Shown piece after piece: positions 1 to 61,771 of a DNA stretch of 64,000 nt. The first letter of the stretch is position 1, and every line of letters begins with the position of its first letter. This DNA comes from Octopus sinensis. Its lineage: Eukaryota. Made by a program: the position numbers and the translations under genes. Where the stretch lies: contig NC_043017.1 in the NCBI RefSeq assembly GCF_006345805.1, positions 7,564,001-7,628,000 on the forward strand. The letters run 5' to 3'. The notes beneath the pieces are model-generated. The model was given only the letters and a program-made list of their open reading frames with translations, ran no database searches and had not been told where the DNA came from.

Positions 1-84
1 CTCCAAAATAAATTTTCAGAATTTACCATATGAAAATGACATTTGAAAGTATCATGTTTTTTTTTTTTGCAGTTCAGTGTACGT

Positions 85-155
85 GTGTGTATATATATTA
101 TATATACATACACATATATACATATATATATAGAAATTAAATGATGATGAAGATG

Positions 156-192
<37 letters not shown>

Positions 193-730
193 CACATGTG
201 TATGTATGGATGTGGACATTAAATAATAATCATTATATATATATATATATATATGATTATTTTTATTATCATTTAATATCCACATACATACACATGTATA
301 TATATATATATATATATATATTCATGCACACACACACACACACACATTCACATTCTAATACTGGTTTCAGTCATTGGACTGCAGCCCTGCTGGGGTACCA
401 CCTTCAGGTATTTCAGCTTATGATATCTGATCTGATACTTATTTCAGTCCATTGCTTATTGTACTTCCTTTTTATTAATCTCTCTTTGTGAAACCACCAA
501 GTTGTGGGACATGAAAGGATGTAACACCAACACACAGACATGGACTCAGACTTGTATGTGTATTTATGACAGGCTTCTGTATAGTTTCTGTTTTTTTGTA
601 ATTTTACTTGTAACACTTGTCCAAGGTGCTGGCACAGTGGGATTGAACCAGGAGCCCAATGGCTGTGAAGCAAACTTCTTAACCACACAACCATGTTTAT
701 ATGTCTGTCCACACACACAAATATACATGG

Positions 731-802
<72 letters not shown>

Positions 803-1110
803 CATATATATATAAATGTATATTCATGCATGTGTGTATGTATGCATATATATATAAATGTATATTCATGCATGTGTATATGTATATACATATATATATA
901 CATATATACGCACACATATGTGCATGTATATATATATATACACATATATACGCACACATATGTGCATGTATATATATATATATACGTATATGTATATATA
1001 TATATTTGTACATATGTATACATATATGTATGTGTATACATGTATATATAGATAGATAGGTAGATATGTGTATGTGTATATACATATATGTGTATGTTTA
1101 TATATATATA
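85..1110. repeat. Compound (TA)n/(TATG)n/(CA)n microsatellite blocks flanking a SINE
   Basis: Long dinucleotide arrays at about 85-345 and 715-1110, with internal higher-order duplications of about 40 nt. Confidence 0.95.
365..700 (-). mobile_element. tRNA-derived SINE, family B, degenerate
   Basis: Shares gtttcagtcattggactgcagcc...ccaaggtgc..cagtgggattgaacc...cttcttaaccacac with many other copies in the window. Confidence 0.8.
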
Positions 1111-1979
1111 CATACATACTTTGATATGTTTGGAAGGGAGGATATATATAACATTGTAAAGCAATCCAAAGAGAGGAGAACCCAAAACAATGACCCCTCC
1201 CCCAACTCCACTAAAATAATATGTAGTGCACAATATTATCAACAAAGTGAAAAAATGCCCTCTAAACCTTGGTTGATTGAATATTGTATGAAAAATAACT
1301 TCGTACAAGAAATTTTTTATTTGAACCTCCTGACAAAATGTAAATAATAATAATAATAATATTAATAATAATAAAACGTTTATGAAGAGAATTCCCTAGA
1401 TTGTACAAATCACAGTCTATTGTATAATATTGTCTTTCCATTGGGGAGAAGAATGGTGTTATTTGGGGGTTTATTGGTTCTTTTTTCATGGTTTTTTTAA
1501 CATATAAAAAAAATCAATCGATATATTCTGGTGACCTATCAGTTATCATTCGTTTTGAACAATGATTTCTAGAATCAAAATTGCTTCATCTTTTCATAAT
1601 CTGCTGCGTTTTTTTTTTTTTTTTGCGGCTTATGGAGAAAAACATCACTCTCATTTTGTGTGTGTGTGTGTAGCTTTTGTGTCAGATCAATATTTTTTAG
1701 ATAGCTTTTGTTATTAAGAAATATGGAAAAGAAAACAAAATTAAAAGAAAAGAATAGAAAAGCTACCGAGTCTGTGTGAAACTTTGATGATAACAAGCTT
1801 GATGTAATCGTCTGCCGGAATTAATGACAATAGCAATATTATATGTACTATGAACTATTGGTGCAACTAGATTTTTGTAACGTCTGCCAGTTGTCTTTGC
1901 AAGACAATTTAATGTTGCACTTCTGCCTTCTAGCATTCTTAATTTTCTGAGTTGTTTTTTTTACAAAAAAAAAACAATA

Positions 1980-2017
<38 letters not shown>

Positions 2018-2152
2018 GCTTCAGCTTGGATATAGATTTCTGGCTTTCATTTTGTGTATTTTCTGATAAATGTATATTTTGATAACAAATGGACTGTATG
2101 TATATATATGTGTGTGTGTGTTTGTGTATTTATATATATATGTATGTGTGTG

Positions 2153-2183
<31 letters not shown>

Positions 2184-3280
2184 GCACATATACAAGAGAA
2201 TGTTATATTACCCTGCTTTTTTTTTTCTTTAAAAAAGAAACTAAGACATTATGCTACAAGTGCCATGGACAGCTTTGTATACTGCTTTTTCACTCTCCCT
2301 GATACAACATTATCTTCGTTAATTTCATTCATCATCATCATCATAAGACTAGTCAGAGCCATGGATGAAAGCCCACAAATCTAAGCAGAAACTAAATGTA
2401 TTATACAAATCTCAAAATTCGATTTAAAACCATCAAAAAGAATTTTGTTTTTGATCACCAACACATAAGCCCAAATTCCCCCACCTAAATAATCAAATTT
2501 TTTTAATGTAATAATGATGATAATAATATTAATAATATTAATAGTCTTTCATGATATAAGTTGACTGGACAGTCATTATGCCATTATCAAAATATTTGTA
2601 AAGCAAATATTTTCACAGCTTTTTCTTCGATGTCCTGTTAGCACAAGGAATTATCCATTCTAATGTGCTTGTAAGTGCATATGAATGAATGAGATTACAA
2701 GCTAACATTTTGTTCAGTAATGCATGTATGTGTATGTATGTATTATATATATATATATATATACATACATATGAGAAAGAGCAATGGTTTTAGTTTGTCT
2801 TCATATTCTGTTATTCTGTTAAAGCAATATAGTATATGTCAAAATTCTAGTTGATTCAGAATTATCCTGAAATTGTTGTATTGTTTATTTTAAAACTACA
2901 AAGTGTTGGATGATTTATTATTCGCAAACAGCAAACTCTTGGTTAATTTATTTTAATTCTGCTGTGTAGAGCCCTATCATGCCAACCAAAGACATTTGTC
3001 TTTCAAACACCGACATCACCACCACCACCACTTTTATACAATAGCTCTTAGCAGGATTTTTGTTCTTCTGTTATCCACGAAATCCATTGTAATAAGATTT
3101 TCCACTCATTGACCCACAATAACTGATGTTGTTATGTAGGAAAAGAGGTTCCAACCCCTGAGGGATTTTTTTTATTAAGTCCAAACACTGAGCAAGCTTG
3201 AGGACTGTGTTAGCCACATTGAAATATATATATATGCACCTCCATATGTGCATGTATATATATATATATATATGCACATA

Positions 3281-3625
3281 TGGAGGTGCAGGCATGAGTG
3301 TGTCGTAAGAAGTTTGCTTCCCAACTACATGGTTTCAGGTTCTGTCCCACTGCACAGCACCTTAGCTAAGGGTCTATTATCATAGCCCTAGGTCGACCAC
3401 AGCCTTCTTGAGTGGATATGGTAGACGAAAACTGAAAGAAATCTGTCATGTGTGTGTGTCCCACTGCTGCTTGATAACCAATATCAGCGAAAGATATCGA
3501 TAGAATAAGCAACAGGCTTTAAAAAAAGAAGTACTAGGGTCGTTTTGTCCAACTTAAACCTTCAAGATAGTGCCCCAGCTTAGCCACAGTGCAATGAATG
3601 AAACGAGTAAAAGCTAAAAGATAGA
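3281..3625 (+). mobile_element. tRNA-derived SINE, family B
   Basis: Head ggaggtgcaggcatg...ggtttcaggttctgtcccactg (A/B-box-like), internal (GT)n, tail gaaacgagtaaaag. Confidence 0.85.
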
Positions 3626-5460
3626 TTTATGTATGTATGTATAAGCAACGGAAACATTTCTTTGTAATGATTTCCACTTATCCAAAAACTTGAAGTAATG
3701 GAAAATCACCAACACACATACTTTGTGCTTCTGTCATTTTTTCTTGACTAACCACGCTATTGTGTTTGTAGGATTTCTTGCTTTCTAGCAAATTCATCGT
3801 GGCATTATTAAAAGATCTGTTGTGATAGTAGGAAACCCAAGACATCGGCCAGGATGCACCGATTGTAACTGATATACACACTCGCTCACCTATTCACTAA
3901 CGATGGTAGACAAAGAGAAAATAACGTCGATGTAGTCAACTGTTCCAAACACCTCTCCCCAATCAATAGAGCTGATCGCCTCTAACCATTGAAAGTTCTA
4001 GCAATTGGCTAAATTTATGCAGGAAATGATATTTGGTGGCGAGCAGGCAGAATCGTAGATTAGAGTATCGCTTCAAAACTATGACTTTCGGATTAAAATT
4101 TTGTAGTAACTAAGACTGAATCTGGAAGAGGTGGGATAATAACAATGGGAAGTCACTCTGATGTAGAATATTCAGTCGAATGTTACGTAGTACTTAGTTA
4201 CCTCCCTTTATATTGCCAGTTTGAATCCTGCCAGAGTTGATTTTGTTTTTAATTTTTTTTAATGTTTATGATAATATTAGTACCAGTAAATTTATTCAGC
4301 GTAGACTAGTTGGAATCTGCTCTCCTCATCGAAATGTTTTGTCTTGTAACTATATAAAGATTATCGTGTTATGCCTCTAATAACATTCTATGTATTTTAT
4401 TCAAACTTCTAATCCTGCCAAACATAATTATCTCCCTTGTGTTAACTGTCCAATAGAGAACTCAATGAATTAATTATGTTAATAAGTTCTAAGTCCCTTT
4501 CTGTTAAACCAGATTAATTATGGGTGAAAAAATTAATTTTAATAAATCCTTCCACTTTTTGATTATATTTCAAAGTAAATTCAAGCATTCAAGGAGTATA
4601 CTTCACTAGAAATATGCTCAGGAAAAAGGGTTTAACATTTGTAAACAGTAGAAATACTTGGCTTTATATAGTGAGTTCCTGCCAGAGTCTCATCTTCTAT
4701 AATAATACTCTTGTGGTTTTCTCCGTCACACCATGTGAATGAGAAAAGAAGGGGTGATAGCAAACTTGGTAGTGGGATGATAGGAGTTCTACAGTGAAAA
4801 AGAAAGAGCAGCATTTCAACTGTATGTCTATGTAAAAGGGAGTCAAGTGAATGTGTGTGCATGTACAGGGAAAGTGGGATGATGAACATTCAATGCTAGA
4901 AAGAAAAATCAAACAGTGTTTCAACTCTGTGTGAGTATATGTGTGTGCGTGTACAAGGGAAGTATGTGAATGTTTGTATGTGTGATTATTATGTACCTTA
5001 TTCATATATAAAATACTACAATTAGCCATCGCTTCTGACGGCATTGGGCCAGCTAGTTTGTAAAGCAAATAGCAGTAATATATTTAGGTATCACTTCAGC
5101 TGACTTCTTCACTTCGCTTTTAATCTTCTGACATTGCTCCAATAAAGAAAATCATAATTGCTGTTGATGGTGGGCTGTCAGAAACATTTGAGCAAAAAAA
5201 AAAAAAAAAAAGTAGTCTGCATTTCTTTCAGCTCATTAGATTCCATGTTCAAATTTTGCTAGGGGTAAGCTCTTAGCCGTTTACCTTTTTGGGGTTGTTA
5301 GAGCATTCGAATAATACTTTTGTTTGCCTCTTTATGTTCTGAGTTTAACTTATCCTTTCAAAAATCGACAGAATACATCAATTTTGTACTGGGTTTTATG
5401 CTGTCAACTAATTTGCTCCCATCAAAACTGTTTAAATTAGAAAGTTTTTTTTTTATTATC

Positions 5461-6016
5461 AAGGTGAGCTGGTAGAATCTTTAGCACACCGGTCAAAATG
5501 CTTAGTGGTGTTTCAGCTTTCCTTATACTTTTGAGTTCAAAGTCTGCCAAAATTGACTATGCCTTTCTTCCTTAAGTACCAGTGAAACACTGGGATCAAT
5601 GTAATCAACTAGTCCCCTCCCCATAAATTTCAGGCCTCATGCCTTCAGTAGAAAGGACTATTATCAAAGTTAAGGCAGCAAGCTGGCGGAATAATTAAGC
5701 ATGCTAAGCAAAATGCTTAGCAGTATTTCACCTGTCTTTACATTCTGAGTTCAAATTCCGCCAAGGTTGACTATGCCATTCATCCATTTGGGGTCAATTT
5801 ACTCCCTTCCTGCAAATTTCAGGCCTTGTGCCTATAGTAGAAAGGACTATTATTATCTAGGTGATTAGCACATAATTTTCAACTTCTTTAAATTCTGAGT
5901 CCAAATCATGCCAAGGTCAACTTCACCTTTCATTCCTCAGACTGACAAATTATTCTAGTGTTAGGGTCAACCTTCTGGAACTACTGGCCCTGTGCCTAGA
6001 TTAGATACCATTATTA
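5461..6016 (+). mobile_element. Three head-to-tail tRNA-derived SINEs, family A
   Basis: Repeats of ggtgagctggtagaatc...gagttcaaattccgcc...cctttcatcc...ggccttgtgcc at about 5461-5664, 5672-5856 and 5859-6016. Confidence 0.8.
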
Positions 6017-8626
6017 GGACAATGGATTGCGGAAGTGGGGAAACAAAATACCACACATTGTGTGTGATTAATCAAAACAAAGAGAGAAAACAAATAAGAG
6101 TAGAATTAGAACAGGAATGTCTCGTCAGTCAAGGGGGCCAGGTTCAGCATAGTTTTAACACACTTAAAAGTCTGGAGGTCTAATCCCATCGAACTACTCC
6201 TGCTTGCAGCAGTGATGGTAAATATCACTGAAATATGTGTATGTGTATATATATATATAGAGAGAGAGAGAGAGACTGCTACAGTGAAAAAAAAACTGAT
6301 GTAAAATAACACAAAAATACTCAGAAATTAAAGATCAGACCTACTAAAGAAATGTTTTAAGAATACTCCAATTTTGAACTAATTAAACATTTCCCAGCAT
6401 GTGTGTGTGTGTATTTTAATGTAAGCACATGCTTTTTTTTTTTTTTTTTTTCATTTTTGTTTCTTTTGTAAGTTTATATGCTTGTTAAGAGAGTCGGCTC
6501 TATTTCAAGAAGTAAAGATGTAGCATGTTAGGCCTTGCACCCCGGATAAGTGTTGGTGGTGGTTGTCATGTATAAGTTGCTAATCTGTATATTCCTGTCT
6601 TATCTCTGTATCTTTGATACCCATCAAATGCACAGCTTGTTTAACGAAACTAAAATCTATTTATATATAAATACAAGCCATATATTTATATTGCAACCAT
6701 CTGACAGTCTCAAAAATTTGGATTATTTTTCCCCAGCTTCTATTTATTATCAAGGTTTCTATTTTCATTTGGCCCATCCATCATCACCATTAATAACCAT
6801 CTTTCGAGAGTGAAAAACAGATTCTCAAAGCAGTTCCCAGTTCCAATTTAATCAAAAATTGTTTGTTTTTTTTTTAAATCGATGTAAGCAGCAGTTATTA
6901 TATTTTCCATTTGTTGTTGCTAGTTTTTTTTTTTCTTTATTGCCTACTTATTCAAACTAATATTGAATATAGCCATTGCCAACAACGTTAGCATTCAATT
7001 TTTCACTGCCATTGTTGTTGGAACACTTTAGACCATTTCTGGTGGCATCCACCCATGTGCTTATTGTTCAGCCATGTATAACATTCATCCATCAACAAAA
7101 CGTTCTCATCCAACAAACTGAAGCTCCCTTGACAAAGAGGGACTCTTTTTTTTTTTTTTTTCTACATTTCTCATATTGTACACAACCATACCTCACCCAC
7201 TGCATCCATGCCACTAAAGCCATCGTCACATTGAAGCTAATAACAGCCAGTGTCGATGAGAATTCACTTTCACTCATTCATAATGAATACGGTCACCTTG
7301 TATGTTGATATTCGATGACATATTGTTCAGTTTTTATCTTACTATAGTTGTTTATAGCTTTTCAAAAAAAAAAAAAATTTTTTTAAAAAAGGAGAAAAAA
7401 AAAATAGAAGAAAATTTCTAATTTTCTATTCACATCTTTCTCATACATTCAGTTTACTAAATTTCATTTACAAATTACCACTGTTATTTTTATTTTTACT
7501 GTCCATAATTTGAGAAAGCAGATACAGTCATGCTTCTAAACAAATACTAAGAGAAACAATTTAGTGTTTAAATTGCCAAACTGTTTTTTATATAATTAAT
7601 TCCTCTTTGCTTTTAACTGTGAAAAACATTGAGTTTTTTTTTTTATTTTATTTTCAAAAAATTCACTCCACTGTTCAACGAGGATATTGTCTTATCCCTA
7701 AACCCCCCTTGAAAATACTTTAAACACTGAATGCATATAAACAACAAACTTTATTATAGACTTGATAATAATATTTTCTACCCCCTCAAGTAAAAGCAAT
7801 TTTTTTTTTCTATCAAATAATAAAGTGATTCTGCTAGAAATAGCAGCAATCTCCACCCTGCTCCACTCCAGGGGCCCCCAGTCTAATGTCCAGCTGTGAA
7901 GCACATGTCTTTTTCCTGTAGTCAGCCGTAGTCATGGCAGAGGAAACGATAAAAAAAATCCAAGCTAGCCCTACAATAATTTGATTAAAAAAAAAAAACT
8001 GGTTAAAATGTCCAGGCTGCTGTATAATAAACTAAAGAAATTGGTGGCCAGCAATTAGATCAAAATCATTGCCATGTGTGATAAAAAAAATGGTATGGAA
8101 CTTTTCTTTTTTTTTTGGCTTGCATTGAGTAATGGACAGACAAAGAAAAAATATTATTTTATGAATCAGATTTGTTTTTCAAAAATATTACCATACGATG
8201 TAAAAAGTCAATTTTGCAAATTAGATAAATAAATTAATCTCAAACTTTAAAAAAAAAGTCTTTAATTTTTTTATTTAATTTTTTTGCTTTTTTTTACATT
8301 TCTTTTTAAAGCCAGTCAACATATGTATTATGTAAATAGTCACAGTGAAAGCATGTTTAAGTTCAGAAATGGGAGGGAGGGAGGGTGCTTATTTTGGCCA
8401 GTGACATACAGTAGTCTGATCTGTAGAGGCCATGGCATAAAACACAACATCTAGTTACTGGCTTAGGGAAACTGGTAGGGGAGAGGACCTCATTAATTCA
8501 AAGCACTTTGGCCACATTGTGAGAGAGGAAACATTCAAGTGAAATACTTTTGTGGGATTCATCCTATCAGAATCCCCAATACATCAAATAAGGGTCTTGA
8601 TGACAGGAAGTCATTTTTTTTTTCAT

Positions 8627-8800
8627 AAACTGGCCACATCTAATCCATATATTCTATATACCTCTCATATTCTATATACCTCTCATACCCACACAGTCCA
8701 TTTCTAAAAATCTTGAAGTTATGAAATAATGCAGGATTAGTTCAAAACAAATAAGCATTACATTTGACAGAATAATCTGAAATGCTAGAAGACCTAATTA
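8627..8800 (+). mobile_element. piggyBac-type MITE (family M2), degenerate
   Basis: aagcattacatttgacagaataatctgaaatgc matches the copies at 51462, 55140 and 58214. Confidence 0.6.
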
Positions 8801-9306
8801 ATGAGATTTGAAGTTTTGGGGGGCACAAAGCCCCAACAACTTATCTAGCCACTTCATGTCAAATCTTACATTTCTGGTAACAGAAATATTAACTTAGATT
8901 TTGTTGATATCAAGGTTTGAAAATGTCTTTATTATATAAAACATATTCAACATGACACCTTATTAAACCTTTAAATAATAATAATAATAATAATAATTAT
9001 TATAATAATAATTGTGTACAGTGCTCTTGCACCACACTGTCTCACATTGAAATATACACATTTTCTTTAATTGTATTTTTCAGTGAGAACATAAGAAAAA
9101 AAATCAGGTTTACATGTCCAACCTGAAATGGAAGCCTGACTGACAAAGCAGAAAAGAGGTTTATATGGGGGATGTTTAAAGACAAAACAATTCAGGCTAT
9201 AAGAAAAATAAAATACAAGACTATGGCTTGTACTTTGTATTTCAGTATATCGGAAAAGGAGGGGGTCCTAACTTCGAAATAATGGAATACAAGGGAAAAG
9301 TATACA

Positions 9307-9427
9307 TACAAGAGGTGCTGAAAAGTTCCTAGCAAAAGGCCTTGTTGGAGGCCCCACCTTCCAAGTTCTGATCCTCCCATATTTTCTTTTACCCAAAGCC
9401 AGGAACTTTTCAGCACCCCCCTCATGT
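9307..9427. mobile_element. Tc1/mariner-type MITE (about 120 bp)
   Basis: Imperfect inverted repeats: gaggtgctgaaaagttcctagc at 9312-9333 and gccaggaacttttcagcacccccctc at 9398-9423; the termini resemble mariner TIRs. Confidence 0.75.
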
Positions 9428-10198
9428 GTGTGTCGAAGTCAGTTTTCTGGATTAACATTTTTGTAGCATATTGGAGAAGATTTCTTTTAGGGATATTGCA
9501 TTGATCCTTAAAAGAAATCCTCTCCAATATGCTACAAAAATATTAACCCAGAAAACCGACTTCCATCAATTATAATGAGGATGACTCCCAAGTCTTATAT
9601 ACACACACGCACGCACGCAGTGATGCCCATTAGACTAATCTCAACAGCCTATGTTTAAATACAGAGCAATCATAGCATTAAGTAAATATTAAGGCTTCAT
9701 TCGCAATTGTTCTGTAATTGTAGCACAAGGTCAGATACTTTAGATAGAAGGGTATTGTTTATACATTTAATAAATAGTAATGAGGTATGTTTCCTTCTCT
9801 AACGAAATGTTCTTTTAATCCAAGTATTCCACTAATTTATCTACAGCTACTAAATTTACAAAAATTACCAACATTTTGTTTTTTTTAAACAAAAGCCACA
9901 TGCAATTTACATGGTCTTTTAGAATATTAAAAGTTATACAAACTAAGAATTGATAAACAGACGTTAATGACTGCAGAGGCAGCAATGAGAGTTGTTGTGG
10001 CAGTGATAGTGTGAATTAAGTGTAGAAACTGGTGAAATGCAAAACAGCCCTAATTCTTTTAATTAAATCTAAATGAGGAAATATATTTTTTTTAGCACAG
10101 TTCTTGTCCCTGCCTGAAATATAATTTTCTTCCGCTTTACCATCAAGATTCTGAAATAATTTAAGCAATAGAAAATTATGTATACACACACACACACA

Positions 10199-10240
<42 letters not shown>

Positions 10241-11789
10241 GAAACACACACATGGTGTCCATAAATTATATTTACAACTTCCACACTGCCATGCTTTACA
10301 TTGTGAAGATAATTTATGAGCACTATGTACGTATGTTACTGTTGAAATCTGTAAGAAACATTTACAACTGAGTAAATAAAAAAAAAAGTTTTCTTTTTAT
10401 TGGAAGTGGATAAGCTTCTTTATAGGGATATTTTGAGTGTACATGTCTGTGTGTAAACATACATGGAATGGTCTGTCAACGTATGTTATACACTGTAGCC
10501 TAAAATAGTTCCATTTCTTAAAAAAAAAAAAATGGTGGGGGAAGGAACGGAAAATGGCTGAAGCAATGTTTGATAGTAATGATGAGAAAGAGAGAACAAT
10601 GTCTTGTGAACATAATTTCTTACCTGGGTCAATAGACACACGGACTGACACACGCACTAGTTGCATGGCACTTCTGTTAATCTGAGAGAGAATTCTTTAA
10701 GGAAAAACATTGAAAAACCATTATTTTGCAGTAATAGTAGCAGCAGCATTTTTAACAAGACTGTTCAGATAAAGAGAATGCACTAAGGGGCTGTGGCCCA
10801 CAACAAAAGTCTGACTTCAACCCCTTTAGTTCCCTGTAATTACATCCCCAATCAAACATCAGTAGCACTCTAAAAAAAAAAAAAAAAACATTACACTCAC
10901 TTGCTTTTTCTCTGTCTCATTCTCTGATCCATGTTAAAAGAGAAAACATGGTAGAAAGTTTCGGCTGAGAGTGTTTATCAAATGTGCACAAATTCAAAGT
11001 TACCAGTAAAGGCACCTTGTCAGACAATAGCACAGTCCACCTTGTGATGCCTCAGTTGCAGCCTGTGTAAGAACTTCCCTGATATTAAACAGGGCAAAAA
11101 AACAAGCAAACATACTCAATTACGCTGTCTCCCCAACACACTTCTAACTACAATACGAAATACAGTTATGTCCACAACCAGACTGTAGTACACCACATAC
11201 AGCAGGCTGGAACTTGTGAACCACTCAAGAGTTAGTTCTAACCATTAGTCATGCCACAGGTCAGAGCAGTTCTCAACAGCACAAAACTTAACATAATTTG
11301 AGACCGGGAAAGTTTGTTAGTCAATCAATTAATTAAACCAGTTGTCAATACTTTAAAACCAAAACTGTAATAATGAAATGTACCGGGAAAACTACAGTAT
11401 ATGGCATGTACAACAAATGTGAGGTATTTTATTAACTTTTGAGAGAAAAAAAAGGAGAGAAATATTTTAGCTACAAGATGACTATAATGAAACGTGAATA
11501 TAATGGTAGGGAATGGTTAGCATGTGAATTCCTTTAAGATGCAAGACAGATGCTAAGAGGGAAAAACATTATTATCTAAATTAAATGAAGTTGGTAAGTA
11601 TAAAACAAAAATGAAAGCTAGGCTGAAAAAAAAAATCATCTTGTAACACTTTGTAGCTAAAACAATTTCTCTCAAAACCTACAGAGTTCCTATCACTGAT
11701 GTTTTTCAAGATTTGAAAATTGGATTTCCATATTAAACAAACCCATATTTTTCTTTTTTTTTTTTTTTAATTTACATAAGTTGTTTCTG

Positions 11790-12170
11790 AGGCCAGGAAT
11801 TTTGAAGAGAAGGGGGTTTTCAATAACATCAACTCCCAACCCAGTACATGAAGGGTACTTTATTTTACCAACCCTGGAGGAATGAATGGTGAAACTGACC
11901 TTAGTGGGATATGAACTCAGAAGGTAAAGAGTACTTTCGACATTTTAACGACTCTACCAGCTTACTCAAATCGGCTGAGAAGTTTGAAGAGGAGCAAGTT
12001 CATTACGTCAACCCCAGTACGTGACTGGTACTTATTTTATCAACCCCCACCAAAAGTATGAAAGGCTAAGTTGATTGTGGCAGGATTTAGACTCAGAATG
12101 TAAAAAGCTGGAAGAATTCTGCAACTAAGGATTTTAGTTTGGCAATGCCATCAATTCTGCCACCGACCTT
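11790..12170 (-). mobile_element. Two tandem family-A SINEs, degenerate
   Basis: ccccagtac...ggtacttattttatcaacccc...gaactcagaa...tctgccac occurs twice. Confidence 0.75.
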
Positions 12171-13308
12171 GATTTATAACAATTAACTAAAATTAAATGA
12201 AAAACAAATTAGTTAGTAGCCATTAGAAAGAACTGAAGGCTCTTGCTGTGTAACAACACCAAAAATAAATAAATAAATACCCTTACATTATTTTCAAAAA
12301 GATAAAAAACATTTAGAAATGGATATACAAATCTTGGATGTTTTAAACAATTTTAAACAATGCATAGATTTTTATAGAGAATTCATTGCTATTTTATTAT
12401 TACCATTATTATTATTATTATTACTTATTGTATTTAAGTTTGTCCATGGCATGAGATGAAAAGACCCCTGAAAATATTTAGCTCCAAGCATACAAATTTT
12501 GGGAATTAATACAATTTTAATGCATAGAAAGATTTTGTATGTTATGCACCTTACATATGATCCAGAGCTATTTTATTGTTATCAATTATGCATTAGTTTG
12601 TTCATGGCATGAAATTAAGACTCCTTAAAACATTTAGTTCCCTTTTGACTAGGCACAAGACCAACTTTTGTACATAGTCCAGTCCACTGAAAGGCTAAAT
12701 GACCCCCAACTTGAACCAACAGTGTATAGAAATGAAACTGAAACACGGCAAAGTATTTTGTCCAGTGCTCCACCAATTCATCACCCTTCAGAGAGAGAGA
12801 GAGAGAGAAAGTGATTTCTTCCATTGAAATCTCTCTAAAACGGAATGATTGTAGAGAAGAGAGCAATGATGGAATCAACATTTATATAGAATTAGAATCA
12901 TTTCATAGAAAATAACAATCACACTACAAAAGAACCACAAAGCCCAGACAAGACCATCAATTTACCATTTTGCTGTCTTTCTGGATTGAAATTCAGAACT
13001 CAAATATGTCTGTGTTGTACATGTTGCATTGTGTTGTGAGGTGTATGTTGTGTTGTGTGTTGTGTGCATGAGTGAGATAATGCATAGTATAGTTTGTAGG
13101 TTGTGTAATTAGGTGTCTGTGTGTATGTCTATAGGTAGTGTGGAGTGTCTCTATACGATATAGTGTGAAAGTTTAACAAGTGGAAGGAAAGAAGGAAGAG
13201 GTTAGGAAATGGAAGAAACAGAATATGAAGTGGAATGGGATAAAGTGGTATGAAGAATATACAGTGAGGTGTGTGTATATATATATATATATATGTATGT
13301 ATATAACA

Positions 13309-13341
<33 letters not shown>

Positions 13342-13811
13342 AAGAGAGAGAGAGAAAGTACAATATGTAATGTATGTAATATGCTGTGTTTCTGCAATGT
13401 CTATGGTACAGTGTGGTGGAAGATGATACATCTATGTGTCTATACGTGTGTGTGTGTGTGATGTAATAGTGTATCTATGTATATGTAGGTGTTGGTGTTC
13501 TATCTCAGCTGCACTATATTACAAATGACAAAAGGTAACATAATAATGGAGACATATTTGTTCAAAGGATGGCAGATTTAGTAAGACAATGGTGCAGACA
13601 TTTATTACACTTGGATTTCAGAAGCTTCTGTTGAGGTTTTTTTTTTTAACAAATTATAGTTAGTTTGTTTTTGTTTCTTTTTTTTGTGTGTTTTTTTTAT
13701 TTTTGTCAGCCCGTATTTAGGACAAAGGAAGGGAAAGTTGAAAAAAAAAAAAAAGAAATAAAATAAAATAAATAAATGGGGGGAAATGAAAAGAAAAATA
13801 GAAAGAAAAAA

Positions 13812-13817
13812 TTTATT
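13812..13817 (-). promoter_or_regulatory. Candidate proximal polyadenylation signal (AATAAA)
   Basis: AATAAA on the minus strand about 130 nt after the stop, followed by a U-rich tract. The region is very AT-rich, so a chance match is plausible. Confidence 0.35.
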
Positions 13818-13942
13818 TCCTTCTTGAAAAAAAAAAAAACTTTCAAGCTATGTTTGAAAAAAAAAATAAACTTGATAAAAAAAAAATATATGTTTATATA
13901 AATAAAATTAAAAAAATTTCCAGTTTTTGTTTTTTTTTTTGT

Positions 13943-61771
<47,829 letters not shown>

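Noticed and set aside
52-1347. Many overlapping Y/I/H/M/C-rich ORFs
   Set aside because: They are translations of (TA)n/(CA)n/(TATG)n microsatellites, which lack stops in several frames. The same applies at 2054-2384, 10069-10323, 13173-13461 and 48855-49164.
3281-3360. tRNA-like A/B-box sequences here and at other SINE heads
   Set aside because: They continue into SINE bodies and do not form a cloverleaf, so they are not tRNA genes.
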